Of a stretch of DNA of 64,000 nucleotides, positions 19,259 to 29,238 are shown piece by piece. The notes beneath the pieces were generated by a model, which searched no databases, was not told the DNA's origin, and was given only the letters and a program-made list of their open reading frames with translations. This stretch comes from Candidatus Saccharimonadia bacterium (GTDB lineage Bacteria > Patescibacteriota > Saccharimonadia > Saccharimonadales > 2-12-FULL-41-12): assembly GCA_963717365.1 (NCBI GenBank), contig OY970327.1, positions 203,599-267,598 of the forward strand, read 5' to 3'. Numbering within the stretch: position 1 is the stretch's first letter; every line of letters begins with the position of its first letter. The position numbers and the translations under genes are program-made.

Positions 19259-20203
19259 ATGTCTGAACCCAGTAAGGAACTTGATCACTGGAAAAAACTT
19301 GAAGTTAGAGAACATCCAAAAGGTCCTCTATTAGAGGAATGCCAGCGTCTGGCAACATTCTTTAAAGATTACGATAAAGTTCTTTTAACGGGGGAAGAAA
19401 ATAATAAGCCATGCTTTGTTATTCCAGAAGTATATGTATGGAGAAAAGATTCAGAGACTGGTGAAAGTTATCAACATAAGGCTTATTTCTTTATTGAAAG
19501 AAAAAATCGCCGACAAAGACACCCTCCCGTATACGGATATATCAGTGCCGAACCCAGCAGTGATAGCCCAGGACAAAAAATTTCAATTGATACAGAATAC
19601 GGCATCTTAACTGATTTAGATGATAATACAGATATTGAAGACAAAGATCTATTTGGTGATTTAGTTAGTGCAGCGCAACTTAACTTAAGCCAAAGACTAT
19701 CGAACCACAAATTCCACCGTGAGCGTAAAAGAAAAAAAATGCTCGGCTGGCTAGCTGCATTCAGTGTAGTTGGGGGAGGAGGCCTAGCTGCTAATGAGTT
19801 ATATTTTGAGCCGCGGACAGAAAAAAAAGCTCATTCAGAAAGACTTCGCAAAGCATTTGACGAGAGAGACTACAAATTACCTGTTGAGCCAAATGTAATT
19901 AAGGCTACTCAAGTAGGCTTAATGCCAAGACGTGAATTTAATAAAATTCCCGACCATAGAAAAGGTGACAATCTACATGAGGCTCGTCGTTTTGAAATAA
20001 ATGAATATAATTGCCATGAATTTACTGTGCCCGTCGCGCCTAATGAGAATGTATCACTTGCTATCGCGCGCGATGATCGGCAGAAAAATAGACCATTGGC
20101 AATTAGTATTGATTCAAATAATAGTCTTCACGTATGTAATCTCTATGGTAATGGTGGAAGCGACGGCGATACACGAAAAATTGCTATACAAATAAGTAGG
20201 TAG
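19259..20203 (+). CDS. Hypothetical bitopic membrane protein
   Basis: 314-aa ORF with AGGAG 6 nt upstream of the ATG. It has a central TM (LGWLAAFSVVGGGGLAANELYF) preceded by RERKRKK. I recognise no family. Confidence 0.6.
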   Translation: MSEPSKELDHWKKLEVREHPKGPLLEECQRLATFFKDYDKVLLTGEENNKPCFVIPEVYVWRKDSETGESYQHKAYFFIERKNRRQRHPPVYGYISAEPSSDSPGQKISIDTEYGILTDLDDNTDIEDKDLFGDLVSAAQLNLSQRLSNHKFHRERKRKKMLGWLAAFSVVGGGGLAANELYFEPRTEKKAHSERLRKAFDERDYKLPVEPNVIKATQVGLMPRREFNKIPDHRKGDNLHEARRFEINEYNCHEFTVPVAPNENVSLAIARDDRQKNRPLAISIDSNNSLHVCNLYGNGGSDGDTRKIAIQISR

Positions 20204-20245
20204 ATAAGTGAAAACAGTTCTTTAAAGTATTCAATAAATGTAAGT

Positions 20246-21034
20246 TTAAAGAATTAACTTTCGTTCCATAAAGCGGATAGCTAAACGCCATGATATAAGG
20301 GCGAAGACAACTAAAACGGCAATGTGTCCAATATCAGTCCAGACTTGCAGGCCAAAGACAGCATGACGTACTAGTTCTACGCAGTGGTAAAGCGGGTTGA
20401 AGTAGGCGAGCGTCTGGGCCCATTCCGGTAGCCCTTGGATTGGGAAAAATGTACCAGCCACTAAGAACATTGGAGTTAATAGGCCACTTTGCCAATATGA
20501 AAAGCTTTCAATAGATTTGGCTTTGCCGGCAATAAAGATCCCAAATACAGCCCAGCCAAAGCCTGCTAGCGCCGCGATAAGTGGCACGAGTAGCATGCCC
20601 CAGCTTGGGTCTAATCCAAAAACCATGGCCACCAACATAGGAACACAACCGTATACACCAACTCGAATAGAAATCCACAGAGCTTCTGCGGTCACCAGCT
20701 CTTCTGTATCAACTGGGGCAGCTAGAATAGCGTCGTACGTGTGCTGGAATGAGTATTTTACAAACACCGAATACATCGCTGGAAAGGCCCCGGCAAATAG
20801 AACAGTTGTGGCAACAATACCGGTGCCGACAAAATCAATGTAGTTATAGCCGGCAACTTGGCTAATCAGCGATCCAAAGCCAAAGCCAAACGCCAACATG
20901 TAGATAGTAGGGTCTACGGTTGAAGAAAAAGTAGAGGAGCGCCAGAAAGACGTGAAGTTAATAATTTCCCGCACTAATACGCCCAGCATAGCCGCTGGTT
21001 CAAGTCTTCCCAGGCGCTGAGTTGCCTGTTTCAT
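20246..21034 (-). CDS. ABC-2 type transporter permease (NodJ/DrrB-like)
   Basis: 262 aa with six hydrophobic segments and a 4-nt overlap with the upstream ATPase gene. Confidence 0.85.
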   Translation of the reverse strand: MKQATQRLGRLEPAAMLGVLVREIINFTSFWRSSTFSSTVDPTIYMLAFGFGFGSLISQVAGYNYIDFVGTGIVATTVLFAGAFPAMYSVFVKYSFQHTYDAILAAPVDTEELVTAEALWISIRVGVYGCVPMLVAMVFGLDPSWGMLLVPLIAALAGFGWAVFGIFIAGKAKSIESFSYWQSGLLTPMFLVAGTFFPIQGLPEWAQTLAYFNPLYHCVELVRHAVFGLQVWTDIGHIAVLVVFALISWRLAIRFMERKLIL

Positions 21035-21939
21035 GATATTTCTTCTCCTGTTAATAGCACAAAGACATCCTCTAGATTAGTCTCGCGGCGTTCGCCTTCA
21101 ATATCTACATGGCCTTTTGCGCCTAGGATTGAAATAGATGTACCGGTGCGACGAGTGTGCCAGCCTTTCTTTTTTGCAATATTTTCTACTTCTGTTAATC
21201 GGGTAGGCGAGCCGTATACTTCAACTGCTTCGCCACCGGCATGTTTTTCAATAAGTTCTTTAGGTGATCCAGTGGCCACTGCTTTACCATGAGACATAAT
21301 TGTTACTGTGTCACATAAACGCTCCGCCTCCTCTATATAGTGAGTACTCATAAGTATAGAAACGCCCTCAGAGCGCATTAAATCAATTAATGCCCACAGT
21401 TCTTGACGGACTTGCGGGTCAAGTCCAACGGTTGGTTCATCAAGCAAGATAAGACGGGGTTTATGAATAAGAGCGCGGGCAACTAGTAACCGCCTTCGCA
21501 TTCCACCGCTCAGTTCGTCAACTTTAGAAAGTCTGCGTTCCGTTAAATTGGCAATATCCAACGCCCGATTAATTGCATGTTTGCGCTCACTACTGGGTAC
21601 ACGATAGAGGTATGAAAATACCGTTAAATTCTGTTCGACGGTCAGTGAGCCGTCTAAATTATCCATTTGCGGCACAACGCCCATTTGGGCACGTGCCTGC
21701 TTGGAGTCTCCGGGCAACTTAAAACCCAAGACTTCAATTTCTCCTGCGTCGGCAACTACTTGAGCAGTTAGAGCTTTCATAGTGGTTGATTTGCCAGCGC
21801 CATTTGGCCCTAACAAACCGACGCAAGTTCCATATGGAACCTCCAGATCTAGCCCATCTACAGCCGTCAGTGAGCCAAATCGTTTAACAATTCCCTCTAG
21901 TTTAATGGCCAACTTATTGGCATTGGTCTTCTTTGCCAT
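21031..21939 (-). CDS. ABC transporter ATP-binding protein (NodI/DrrA-like); start set at MAKKTNANK
   Basis: Walker A GPNGAGKST, signature LSGGMRRRL and Walker B LILLDEPTVGLD. The longer ORF (to 21984) would overlap the upstream VOC gene, and ATG 21939 lies 6 nt after that gene's stop. Confidence 0.9.
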   Translation of the reverse strand: MAKKTNANKLAIKLEGIVKRFGSLTAVDGLDLEVPYGTCVGLLGPNGAGKSTTMKALTAQVVADAGEIEVLGFKLPGDSKQARAQMGVVPQMDNLDGSLTVEQNLTVFSYLYRVPSSERKHAINRALDIANLTERRLSKVDELSGGMRRRLLVARALIHKPRLILLDEPTVGLDPQVRQELWALIDLMRSEGVSILMSTHYIEEAERLCDTVTIMSHGKAVATGSPKELIEKHAGGEAVEVYGSPTRLTEVENIAKKKGWHTRRTGTSISILGAKGHVDIEGERRETNLEDVFVLLTGEEIS

Positions 21940-21944
21940 GTACT

Positions 21945-22361
21945 TTATTTCTGTTCCTGAGACGCACTGATATTGACCATCCATTCAATGCCGTACTTAT
22001 CAGTTACACTGCCGAAAATATCGCCCCAGAATTCTTTTTTAAGCGGCGATCGTACTTCGACGTCTTGGCATAGAGCGTTAAATATTCTGGTAAGTTTGGC
22101 TTCGTTAGTACCCCCAAGCGAAAGTGATACTTTTGCAGCCAATGGACTTGCTAGTAAGGTATCGCTAGCCATCAGACTAATATCTCCGCCAGTAAGTGCG
22201 GCATGCATTAGCTGACCTTCTAAGCCAGCTGGTGTTTCGCCCGGCACTTCTTCATATGATTGGACGGTTAATTCACCGCCGAAAATAGCTTTATAAAATT
22301 CCATTGCTGCGCGGCAGTTGCCTTTAAAAAATATATACGGATTTAAAGTAATAGTGTCCAT
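21945..22361 (-). CDS. VOC-fold protein (PhnB/YjdN-like, 3-demethylubiquinone methyltransferase-like domain)
   Basis: 138 aa. LNPYIFFKGNCRAAMEFYKAIFGG...DKYGIEWMVN is characteristic of PhnB-like VOC proteins. It is the first gene of a 3-gene minus-strand unit with the ABC-2 pair. Confidence 0.8.
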   Translation of the reverse strand: MDTITLNPYIFFKGNCRAAMEFYKAIFGGELTVQSYEEVPGETPAGLEGQLMHAALTGGDISLMASDTLLASPLAAKVSLSLGGTNEAKLTRIFNALCQDVEVRSPLKKEFWGDIFGSVTDKYGIEWMVNISASQEQK

Positions 22362-22465
22362 TTGTCCTCCTGTAAATTATAATCCTATTTTTGCATACAA
22401 ATGAGCGGTTACAAAACAACTGCCGCAACTGTGGTACCATAACGGTAAGTTAAGAGGGAGTTACT

Positions 22466-23941
22466 ATGAATGAAGTTCTCGGGGGTGGAGAATTAGGCAG
22501 CGCATTGGCTGCGATGGAATACGATACCGTGCCGAATATTTTGGCGTGGCGCTATGCGACTGATCAAATGAAACGGATCTGGTCTCCCGAAGGGTCAGTT
22601 CTGATTGAACGGTATGTTCAGATAGAAATAATGCAGGCGCAATCTGACATGGGAGTTGATATTCCGCAGGCAAGCATTGATGATTATCGAGCAGTTATTG
22701 GGGACATAGATCTCGAAGCTATTAGACAGGAAGAGATGAAATCAAAGCACGATGTAAATGCTAGAATTGTTACGTTTAATCGTTTGGCAGGCCATCAGAA
22801 CGTTGGAGAAGCCATGACGTCTCGCGATCATACAGAAAATACAGAGCAGTACCAAAAGAAACTGGCACTTGAAATCATCAGAAGTAAGGTAGTTGCTTCA
22901 ATTGGAAGCTTTACTCGAGCTGCAACTAATTATGCCGAATTACCAATTACTGGGCGGACACATAACGTTGCCGCGCAGATGACTACGCTGGGCAAGCGTT
23001 TTGCAACTACCGGTGAAGAAATGATTGACGGTTATCATGCATTATCCTTCCATCTGGATACTATGAAATTACGAGGTATAAAAGGTGCGGTAGGTACGCA
23101 GCAGGATATGCTTAATTTGCTGGAGGGGAATGGCGATAAGGTTGATCAACTGGATCAAAGGCTAGCACAAGCGCTTGGGTTTAAGTCAATTTATAACAGC
23201 GTTGGGCAGGTATATCCTCGGTCACAGGATTTGGCAACCGTGCAAGCGCTTTCACATGTAGTAGGGCCGCTGTCCAACTTTGCTATTAATGTCCGCCATA
23301 TGATGGGCGATGGTCTCATGACAGAATCAACTAAAAAACGAGTTGGTTCAAATGCGATGCCGCATAAAATTAATCCCCGGACGTCAGAGAGAATGGTAGC
23401 AATGTACGACGTATTAGGCGGCTGCGAAGCCATGCTGCGGCCAAAAGCCGGCCAACAATGGCTAGAGGGTGATGTCTCATGCTCAGTCATAAGAAGAGTT
23501 GCATTGCCCGATAGTTTTTACGCTACCGACGGAGCATTTGAAGCCGGCTTGAACGTTCTCAATGGCTTTGGCTTATTTCAATCTGCAATTAGTGAGGAGA
23601 TAGATAAAAATCTGCCATTCCTTACTACAACAAAAGTTCTGACTGATTCAATAAAGAGAGGTATGGGACGAGAGGACGCTCATGAAAAAATACGAGAGCA
23701 CGCCTTTGCGGTAGTTACCGATATGCGTGAAAATGGACATTCTAAGAATGACTTGTTGGAGCGACTTGGAGCTGATCCTGCCATACCACTGAGTTACGAA
23801 GAAATAATGAACTCCATAGAGAAGCCAATGGAGCTAACTGGCCGGGCGGATACGCAGGTGAGAAGATTCGTGACTCAAGCTGAGGAGATACTTTCAAAAC
23901 ACTCCGAAGCCGGCGACTATAAAGCAGGGGATATACTGTAA
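22466..23941 (+). CDS. purB: Adenylosuccinate lyase
   Basis: Fumarate-lyase superfamily signature GSNAMPHKINPRTSE. Length and N-terminal alignment fit PurB. A strong SD (AGAGGGAG) precedes ATG 22466. Confidence 0.9.
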   Translation: MNEVLGGGELGSALAAMEYDTVPNILAWRYATDQMKRIWSPEGSVLIERYVQIEIMQAQSDMGVDIPQASIDDYRAVIGDIDLEAIRQEEMKSKHDVNARIVTFNRLAGHQNVGEAMTSRDHTENTEQYQKKLALEIIRSKVVASIGSFTRAATNYAELPITGRTHNVAAQMTTLGKRFATTGEEMIDGYHALSFHLDTMKLRGIKGAVGTQQDMLNLLEGNGDKVDQLDQRLAQALGFKSIYNSVGQVYPRSQDLATVQALSHVVGPLSNFAINVRHMMGDGLMTESTKKRVGSNAMPHKINPRTSERMVAMYDVLGGCEAMLRPKAGQQWLEGDVSCSVIRRVALPDSFYATDGAFEAGLNVLNGFGLFQSAISEEIDKNLPFLTTTKVLTDSIKRGMGREDAHEKIREHAFAVVTDMRENGHSKNDLLERLGADPAIPLSYEEIMNSIEKPMELTGRADTQVRRFVTQAEEILSKHSEAGDYKAGDIL

Positions 23942-24064
23942 GCCGACAGTTAGCAATATAGGCTTCCGTTACATTTAGTTATATTGCTGCAATCTCTAGC
24001 AAATGTAAGATTATAATCGCACTGTAAGCAGTTTATGTTCTGTTATACTTACGGTTAACATATT

Positions 24065-25972
24065 ATGCAAGATCAACGATTAAAGCTTGCGATTGATGAG
24101 GGCGTCTCCAAGGGCGTTCCAATGGATTTTATTACCTATAGTTTGAAACGAGCCGGCTGGCCCGAGCAGCTTGTGAAAGAAGCAATAGACCAATGGCTGA
24201 TAGAAAATGGACGTTTGCAAAAAACAACCGTCTTTAGTCAATGGCTAAAGAAGTATTACCGCCAGGCCGCACCGGCAATAATATTGATGGTCTTTCTAAA
24301 CACTATCGCTTCCGCCATAGCGTTACTTAAACCATGGCCGGTAAAAATACTGGCAGACTCTGTCTTTGGTTCTATCCCGGCCCCTGGTCCTCTAGAATCG
24401 TTAACAGGTACTCCTACTCTTATACTTATTGTGTCGCTAATGACAATTACTATATTTTTGATGGGTGCTGCTTTTGGCGTCATTAAAGATTATTTCTTAC
24501 TTAAAATAGGCTTTTGGCTTAACCGATCGATAAAAGAAGAGTCGTTTAGGCATATTTTGCACTTGCCGTTATACCATGAAGGCCGCTTGCCAAAAGGAGA
24601 TTACATTTATCGGCAGAACGAAGTTACTAATAGTCTGTCTGATTTAATTCTTGATTCCACGTCACGTATTATTGAGTCAGTTATTCTGGTTACTGGCGTA
24701 CTAGTTATTATGTTTAACCTTAATACTCGGCTAACACTCATTACGCTGGTTGTTATTCCATTCCTTATCATCACTATAAGACTGTTTAGCCCAGTTATGG
24801 GCAGGTTAGGCCGGGCGTTGGCCGAAAACTCCAGTAAAACTTCATCACTTATCGCCGAGTCGATTGATAATACAGAGTCAGTCCAAGCCTTCACACTACA
24901 AGAGCGACAGGTCAACAAACTAAAAAGTTTATGGCAGGAAAACTACGAAGTAGCTCGCAAAGGACTGTTATGGGGCAGGCTATTTAGCTTTAGCAACGGC
25001 TTTCTGGTTATCTTAGGAACTTCCGCGGTAATTTATTTTGGCGGCACTGAAGTATTAAATGATAAATTTACATTGGGTTCACTGCTAATCTTTATGACCT
25101 ATATGGGGTATCTGATTGGTCCAATCCAGGAGATTACGGAACAAATTACTGTCAGGCGACAGAAGCTAGTCAACGTTAACCGTGTCTATGAAATATTAAG
25201 CGATCACGAAGGTATTGAAAATTTACGTGAAGGCAAGCCGCTTGCGCAGCTTCAGGGCAAAGTTGAATTCCAGAACGTATCATATTCTTATCGTGGGGAA
25301 CCGGTATTAAATCAGGTTAATTTAACAATTGAGCCTGGCCAAAAAATCGGCATTGTTGGTCCCAGCGGTTCGGGTAAAAGCACGCTCCTAAAATTACTGG
25401 ACCTCTATATTGAACCGACGGCCGGTCGCATTTTAATTGACGGACAAGATATTCAAAATGTTAGCTTACACGATGTACGTCGTAATATAGCCTGGATTAG
25501 TCAGTCGCCACAGCTATTTGCCACGTCTATTCTAAATAATATGCATGATGGAGATATAAATCGCGCCATCACACCTCAGGAGGTTTCATGGGCGGCTGAG
25601 GCCGCCAATATAACTGAATTTACAGAAAAACTACCGATGGGTATGGAATCTATTGCTGGCGAAGGTGGTTCAAGTCTAAGTGGCGGCCAACGCCAACGTA
25701 TATCGATAGCCCGCGCACTGCTGAAAAATGCGCCGATTATATGTATGGATGAACCTACTTCGGCGCTGGATGATAAATCAGAAAAACTAGTTCGTGATTC
25801 TATCGGCAATCTTATAAAAGATAAGACAGTTTTACTCGTGACGCACCGCCTACCGCTGTTAACGTTGATGGATAAAATATATGTACTACATAATGGCTCG
25901 CTGGTGGATGTGGAAGAACTTGGTGGTATTGAGAAGTATACCTATCAGCTACAAGTTGCTGGGCAGATTTAA
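24065..25972 (+). CDS. ABC exporter, fused permease plus ATPase (MsbA-like type I exporter) with an extra N-terminal helical domain of about 55 aa
   Basis: Six-TM exporter domain, then Walker A GPSGSGKST, signature LSGGQRQRISIARA and Walker B IICMDEPTSALD. The N-terminal segment ...SLKRAGWPEQLVKEAIDQW is not part of the canonical fold. Confidence 0.9.
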   Translation: MQDQRLKLAIDEGVSKGVPMDFITYSLKRAGWPEQLVKEAIDQWLIENGRLQKTTVFSQWLKKYYRQAAPAIILMVFLNTIASAIALLKPWPVKILADSVFGSIPAPGPLESLTGTPTLILIVSLMTITIFLMGAAFGVIKDYFLLKIGFWLNRSIKEESFRHILHLPLYHEGRLPKGDYIYRQNEVTNSLSDLILDSTSRIIESVILVTGVLVIMFNLNTRLTLITLVVIPFLIITIRLFSPVMGRLGRALAENSSKTSSLIAESIDNTESVQAFTLQERQVNKLKSLWQENYEVARKGLLWGRLFSFSNGFLVILGTSAVIYFGGTEVLNDKFTLGSLLIFMTYMGYLIGPIQEITEQITVRRQKLVNVNRVYEILSDHEGIENLREGKPLAQLQGKVEFQNVSYSYRGEPVLNQVNLTIEPGQKIGIVGPSGSGKSTLLKLLDLYIEPTAGRILIDGQDIQNVSLHDVRRNIAWISQSPQLFATSILNNMHDGDINRAITPQEVSWAAEAANITEFTEKLPMGMESIAGEGGSSLSGGQRQRISIARALLKNAPIICMDEPTSALDDKSEKLVRDSIGNLIKDKTVLLVTHRLPLLTLMDKIYVLHNGSLVDVEELGGIEKYTYQLQVAGQI

Positions 25973-26087
25973 GACTCACGCAAACATAAAAGGGCGGTTT
26001 TGTTTTTGAAAATAATTATGTAATAATGTGCAATAGCATAAGCATATATTGCATAACAAATATAGATAACAAAAGGATACATATATT

Positions 26088-27599
26088 ATGGCTATGAAGC
26101 TTTCCTCAGATGAACACAACATAGTGTTTGATAACACTGACCCTAATATTAAACCAGGGGTAACAAATACAGACCAAGGCAGTAGTATTGTTTTTGGCGG
26201 CGATGACTCGCAAAGTTCCGACAATACAGGCACAGCTGCGGGTAGCAGCGCAGGTACGGCCGTTCAAGGTGCCGACGGTCAATCCAGTAGCAGCACAGGC
26301 ACTAGCTCTACAGTCAATCAAAGTGATACCCAAGTTTGGCAAAATGGCCAGTTAGTAAGTCAAACTTCATCTGGAAGCGGATCTGGCAGTGACATGGAAC
26401 GACGACCAGCAGATGATGACACAACTACGGATCGACCTGAAACAGGTGGTATTAAAGCACCGCCGAATACTTCTAATACTGAAGGTACAGCTACAGCTGG
26501 CACTGATGGTCAAGCTACCAGCACCCCCGGCACCGCTACACAGTCGAATACCAGTAATGTTCAAAACACCAGTACTAATAATTTATCAAACACAGGTGGT
26601 TCGGTTACAAGCATTGGTGCGAATGGTACAGACGCGTCAACTGGTCAGAATGTCAGCGGCCAAAGTGGAGACAGTAATGTCTCAAGCGGCGGGGCAACCG
26701 GTGCCGACGGTCAATCCAGTAGCAGCACAGGCACTAGCTCTACAGTCAATCAAAGTGATACCCAAGTTTGGCAAAATGGCCAGTTAGTAAGTCAAACTTC
26801 ATCTGGAAGCGGATCTGGCAGTGACATGGAACGACGACCAGCAGCTGACTCACAAAGCAGTACAAGTAATGTAGCTGCTCCTAGACCAGCTGTTGATACT
26901 GACGCAGCAAGTGAAATTCGGGTGGCTCAAGAGGTAGACCCTGACGGTACCGTACATGTGCCTGCTACGGATGAGCAAGGAAATGTTATAGAAACTCCTG
27001 CTGCTGATAACAGTTCAAGTCAACCGGACACTTCAGCTGAAAGTCCAGCCAACGACAGTGGTTCTAACCCTGATGTAGGCGTCGAAGCTCCTGCTGAGGG
27101 AGAAGTTGCAACTCCAGATATTCCTGCCGACCCATCTGACACTCCAACATACGGCGGAACTCCTCCACCAGAAGGTACCGTAACTGCCACGGGCAGTAAT
27201 TCAGGGGGTGCCTTAGAAGACCATGTCACCATAAATAATGGTCAAGTAGATATTGTAAAGGGCGCAGTTAGTATAAAAACTGGTCTGGATGGATCAACTA
27301 CAATACGAAACGGTGATTTAAATATAACAACGGGGCCTGATGGCTCAGCACGAGTCCAGGCAGGTGGCATAAATATAGACACAAATGCATTAGCCAATGG
27401 TTTTCCTACTAGCTCAACATATGCTTCAGCGCAAACAGGGGCGTTGACTGGAAGCAGGCAAATGGTGCAACCTCCAAACGGGTGGGGCTCTTCTGACACG
27501 ATGCCTCCCGATCCCGTTAATGGCGTACTGGGCTCCACAAGAGACAGATTTACTAATCCGCTGGAATCTAAAAGTCCAGATACTAACGACGCAAACTAG
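26088..27599 (+). CDS. Gly/Ser/Thr/Asn/Gln-rich repeat protein, no recognisable signal peptide
   Basis: 503-aa ORF with a 48-aa block (GADGQSSSSTGTSSTVNQSDTQVWQNGQLVSQTSSGSGSGSDMERRPA) present twice and identical. The C-terminal part has beta-rich repeats (VDIVKGAVSIKTG, IRNGDLNITTG, VQAGGINIDTN). The protein contains no cysteine. Confidence 0.65.
   Translation: MAMKLSSDEHNIVFDNTDPNIKPGVTNTDQGSSIVFGGDDSQSSDNTGTAAGSSAGTAVQGADGQSSSSTGTSSTVNQSDTQVWQNGQLVSQTSSGSGSGSDMERRPADDDTTTDRPETGGIKAPPNTSNTEGTATAGTDGQATSTPGTATQSNTSNVQNTSTNNLSNTGGSVTSIGANGTDASTGQNVSGQSGDSNVSSGGATGADGQSSSSTGTSSTVNQSDTQVWQNGQLVSQTSSGSGSGSDMERRPAADSQSSTSNVAAPRPAVDTDAASEIRVAQEVDPDGTVHVPATDEQGNVIETPAADNSSSQPDTSAESPANDSGSNPDVGVEAPAEGEVATPDIPADPSDTPTYGGTPPPEGTVTATGSNSGGALEDHVTINNGQVDIVKGAVSIKTGLDGSTTIRNGDLNITTGPDGSARVQAGGINIDTNALANGFPTSSTYASAQTGALTGSRQMVQPPNGWGSSDTMPPDPVNGVLGSTRDRFTNPLESKSPDTNDAN
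26268..26412. repeat. Copy 1 of a perfect 145-bp direct repeat inside the 26088 gene
   Basis: ggtgccgacggtcaatccagtagcagc...gacatggaacgacgaccagcag is identical to 26700-26844, with a 432-nt period that keeps the reading frame. Confidence 0.95.
26700..26844. repeat. Copy 2 of the perfect 145-bp direct repeat
   Basis: Base-for-base identical to 26268-26412 on manual comparison. Confidence 0.95.
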
Positions 27600-27628
27600 T
27601 AATCTAGGCCATATAGATCTTTTACTAG

Positions 27629-28213
27629 CTAGTCTTTGTTTTCAATAAGATTTTCAAGTGATTTTCTTAGTAAGGGAAAGTCTTGAAAATGTAAAACTGA
27701 TATACCGTAGCCTTCTGCAAATTTTTGATATTCAATATTCCTAGTCACAACCAGGCATGACGCAGGGGGTTCTCCAATAGCTTGAAGGGCTTGTACAAAA
27801 CCTTCCTGGCTTAGTACTGAACCGCCAATGTCTAACGATGTCGTTACGGATTCAAATAACTGATGCATTTCATTGAAACTTGATAGTAGGTTTTGTTCTT
27901 GCTTGCCCACGTTGGCAAGTATGCCAATTTTTAAAAAATGGCCATGCAGATAACGCATAAAATCTATTACATTAGGTGATATATCAGCTTGGTTTATTTT
28001 GAATATAGCCAGCGGTAAATCGGGCTGTTCAAGTAAAAATTTAAATCTGTCAGCAACATGTTCGATATCTACGAACCCCACGTAATAGCGGTTTACAACC
28101 TCACGTAATTGAACCGCCAAGTCTGGATCTTGTTGATCTGCTTTTGCAATATAGTCGTTAAAAACATCTGGTGTCCATACACCATAAAAATCAAAGAGAA
28201 TAGCTCGTATCAT
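27629..28213 (-). CDS. HAD-superfamily hydrolase (start set at MIRAILFDFYGVW)
   Basis: HAD motif I appears as a variant (ILFDFYGV) with a cap region and C-terminal CLVVT. The upstream 7 codons of the longer ORF are hydrophobic and unlikely to be coding. Confidence 0.7.
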   Translation of the reverse strand: MIRAILFDFYGVWTPDVFNDYIAKADQQDPDLAVQLREVVNRYYVGFVDIEHVADRFKFLLEQPDLPLAIFKINQADISPNVIDFMRYLHGHFLKIGILANVGKQEQNLLSSFNEMHQLFESVTTSLDIGGSVLSQEGFVQALQAIGEPPASCLVVTRNIEYQKFAEGYGISVLHFQDFPLLRKSLENLIENKD

Positions 28214-28317
28214 TAGAAAAATTATAACAGCCAAGGACGACTGTAACCAACTTGCTTACGATCTTAAGAATAAAAGCTTATTGACTCATGCCATAAAATA
28301 TACAATAATATTTTGAT

Positions 28318-29214
28318 ATGAAGAATCGTAGTACAGAGTGGTCGCAGTTTGAAATAACCAAAGAACCAATTGGTGCGAGTCCGGAAGCTAGTATTAAATA
28401 CGCTGTTCCGTATATATGGGGTGCCTTACAGGTTACTGAACAAGCCGATGAACGATATGGCTTTGTTCCGTTGTCTGAAGGAGTGCTTAGAGAGGGTATT
28501 GCTCTTAAAATGAAAAATCCTATCAATACTGATGTGCGAACAGATATATATTTATTGAGCCCGCAAGAACTTGCTGAACACGCTATTACACGCGGGGTAC
28601 CCCCAGTTAGTAAACTCGGAACTGGTTCATTTGCGACTACGTTTTATAATGATGGTATTGAGGTACGAATTGCCTTAGACCAAAATCCAGATGACATGAG
28701 GGATATCATCTTAGACGATCTCTCCATGATCATCAAGCAATTCGGAGTTGATATAGAAGAAGTTAGAACTGCGGATGATATTTCTATAATTGAAACGATG
28801 GGCCAGGGTGCATCTCAGTTCCTGGTGCATAGTTTTTGTGACTATACCGCCGAAGTTGTACGAGATTCAGCAATAGAGTTCTTTAAAATAAAAAATAACA
28901 AAAAATTGCTTGGCATAACGACTAAATTAGGTGCTATTGGTGTAGGTAGCGCTGGTATTTTATTGGGGATAAGCGGTATTGAAAGTGGAGAAGTGAGTTC
29001 ATTCACCGCAGGATCGGCCGTGGCATATACGGCTATCACAACAATGCTGGCTCGGCATGGTCTTAAAAGACATTTAAAAAATGTGAATCGGTATGATGAC
29101 ATGCTTGCAAATTCTGCAATTATCTATGGGCACCTAGTGGCTGGAGATTTACACGAAACATACTGTATAGAACATTTTGACACTCAAGCAGAAGCTATGT
29201 TTCAAGATGAATAA
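28318..29214 (+). CDS. Hypothetical protein with a soluble N-terminal domain of about 200 aa and two C-proximal TM helices
   Basis: 298-aa ORF with TM candidates LGAIGVGSAGILLGISGI and FTAGSAVAYTAITTMLA. I recognise no family. Confidence 0.55.
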   Translation: MKNRSTEWSQFEITKEPIGASPEASIKYAVPYIWGALQVTEQADERYGFVPLSEGVLREGIALKMKNPINTDVRTDIYLLSPQELAEHAITRGVPPVSKLGTGSFATTFYNDGIEVRIALDQNPDDMRDIILDDLSMIIKQFGVDIEEVRTADDISIIETMGQGASQFLVHSFCDYTAEVVRDSAIEFFKIKNNKKLLGITTKLGAIGVGSAGILLGISGIESGEVSSFTAGSAVAYTAITTMLARHGLKRHLKNVNRYDDMLANSAIIYGHLVAGDLHETYCIEHFDTQAEAMFQDE

Positions 29215-29238
29215 TTTAATCTTAAATTAACAATAATT

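Noticed and set aside
26268-26844. Possibility that the 145-bp direct repeats are a CRISPR array or mobile-element ends
   Set aside because: There are only two copies. They are far longer than CRISPR repeats, lie in frame within one ORF, and have no terminal inverted repeats or nearby cas or transposase genes.
26106-27538. Antisense and alternative-frame ORFs across the 26088 repeat-protein gene (26106-26342, 26367-26564, 26389-26787, 27020-27232, 27242-27538)
   Set aside because: Low-complexity, codon-biased sequence keeps several frames open. Only the 503-aa plus-strand frame is continuous, and it contains the in-frame duplicated block.
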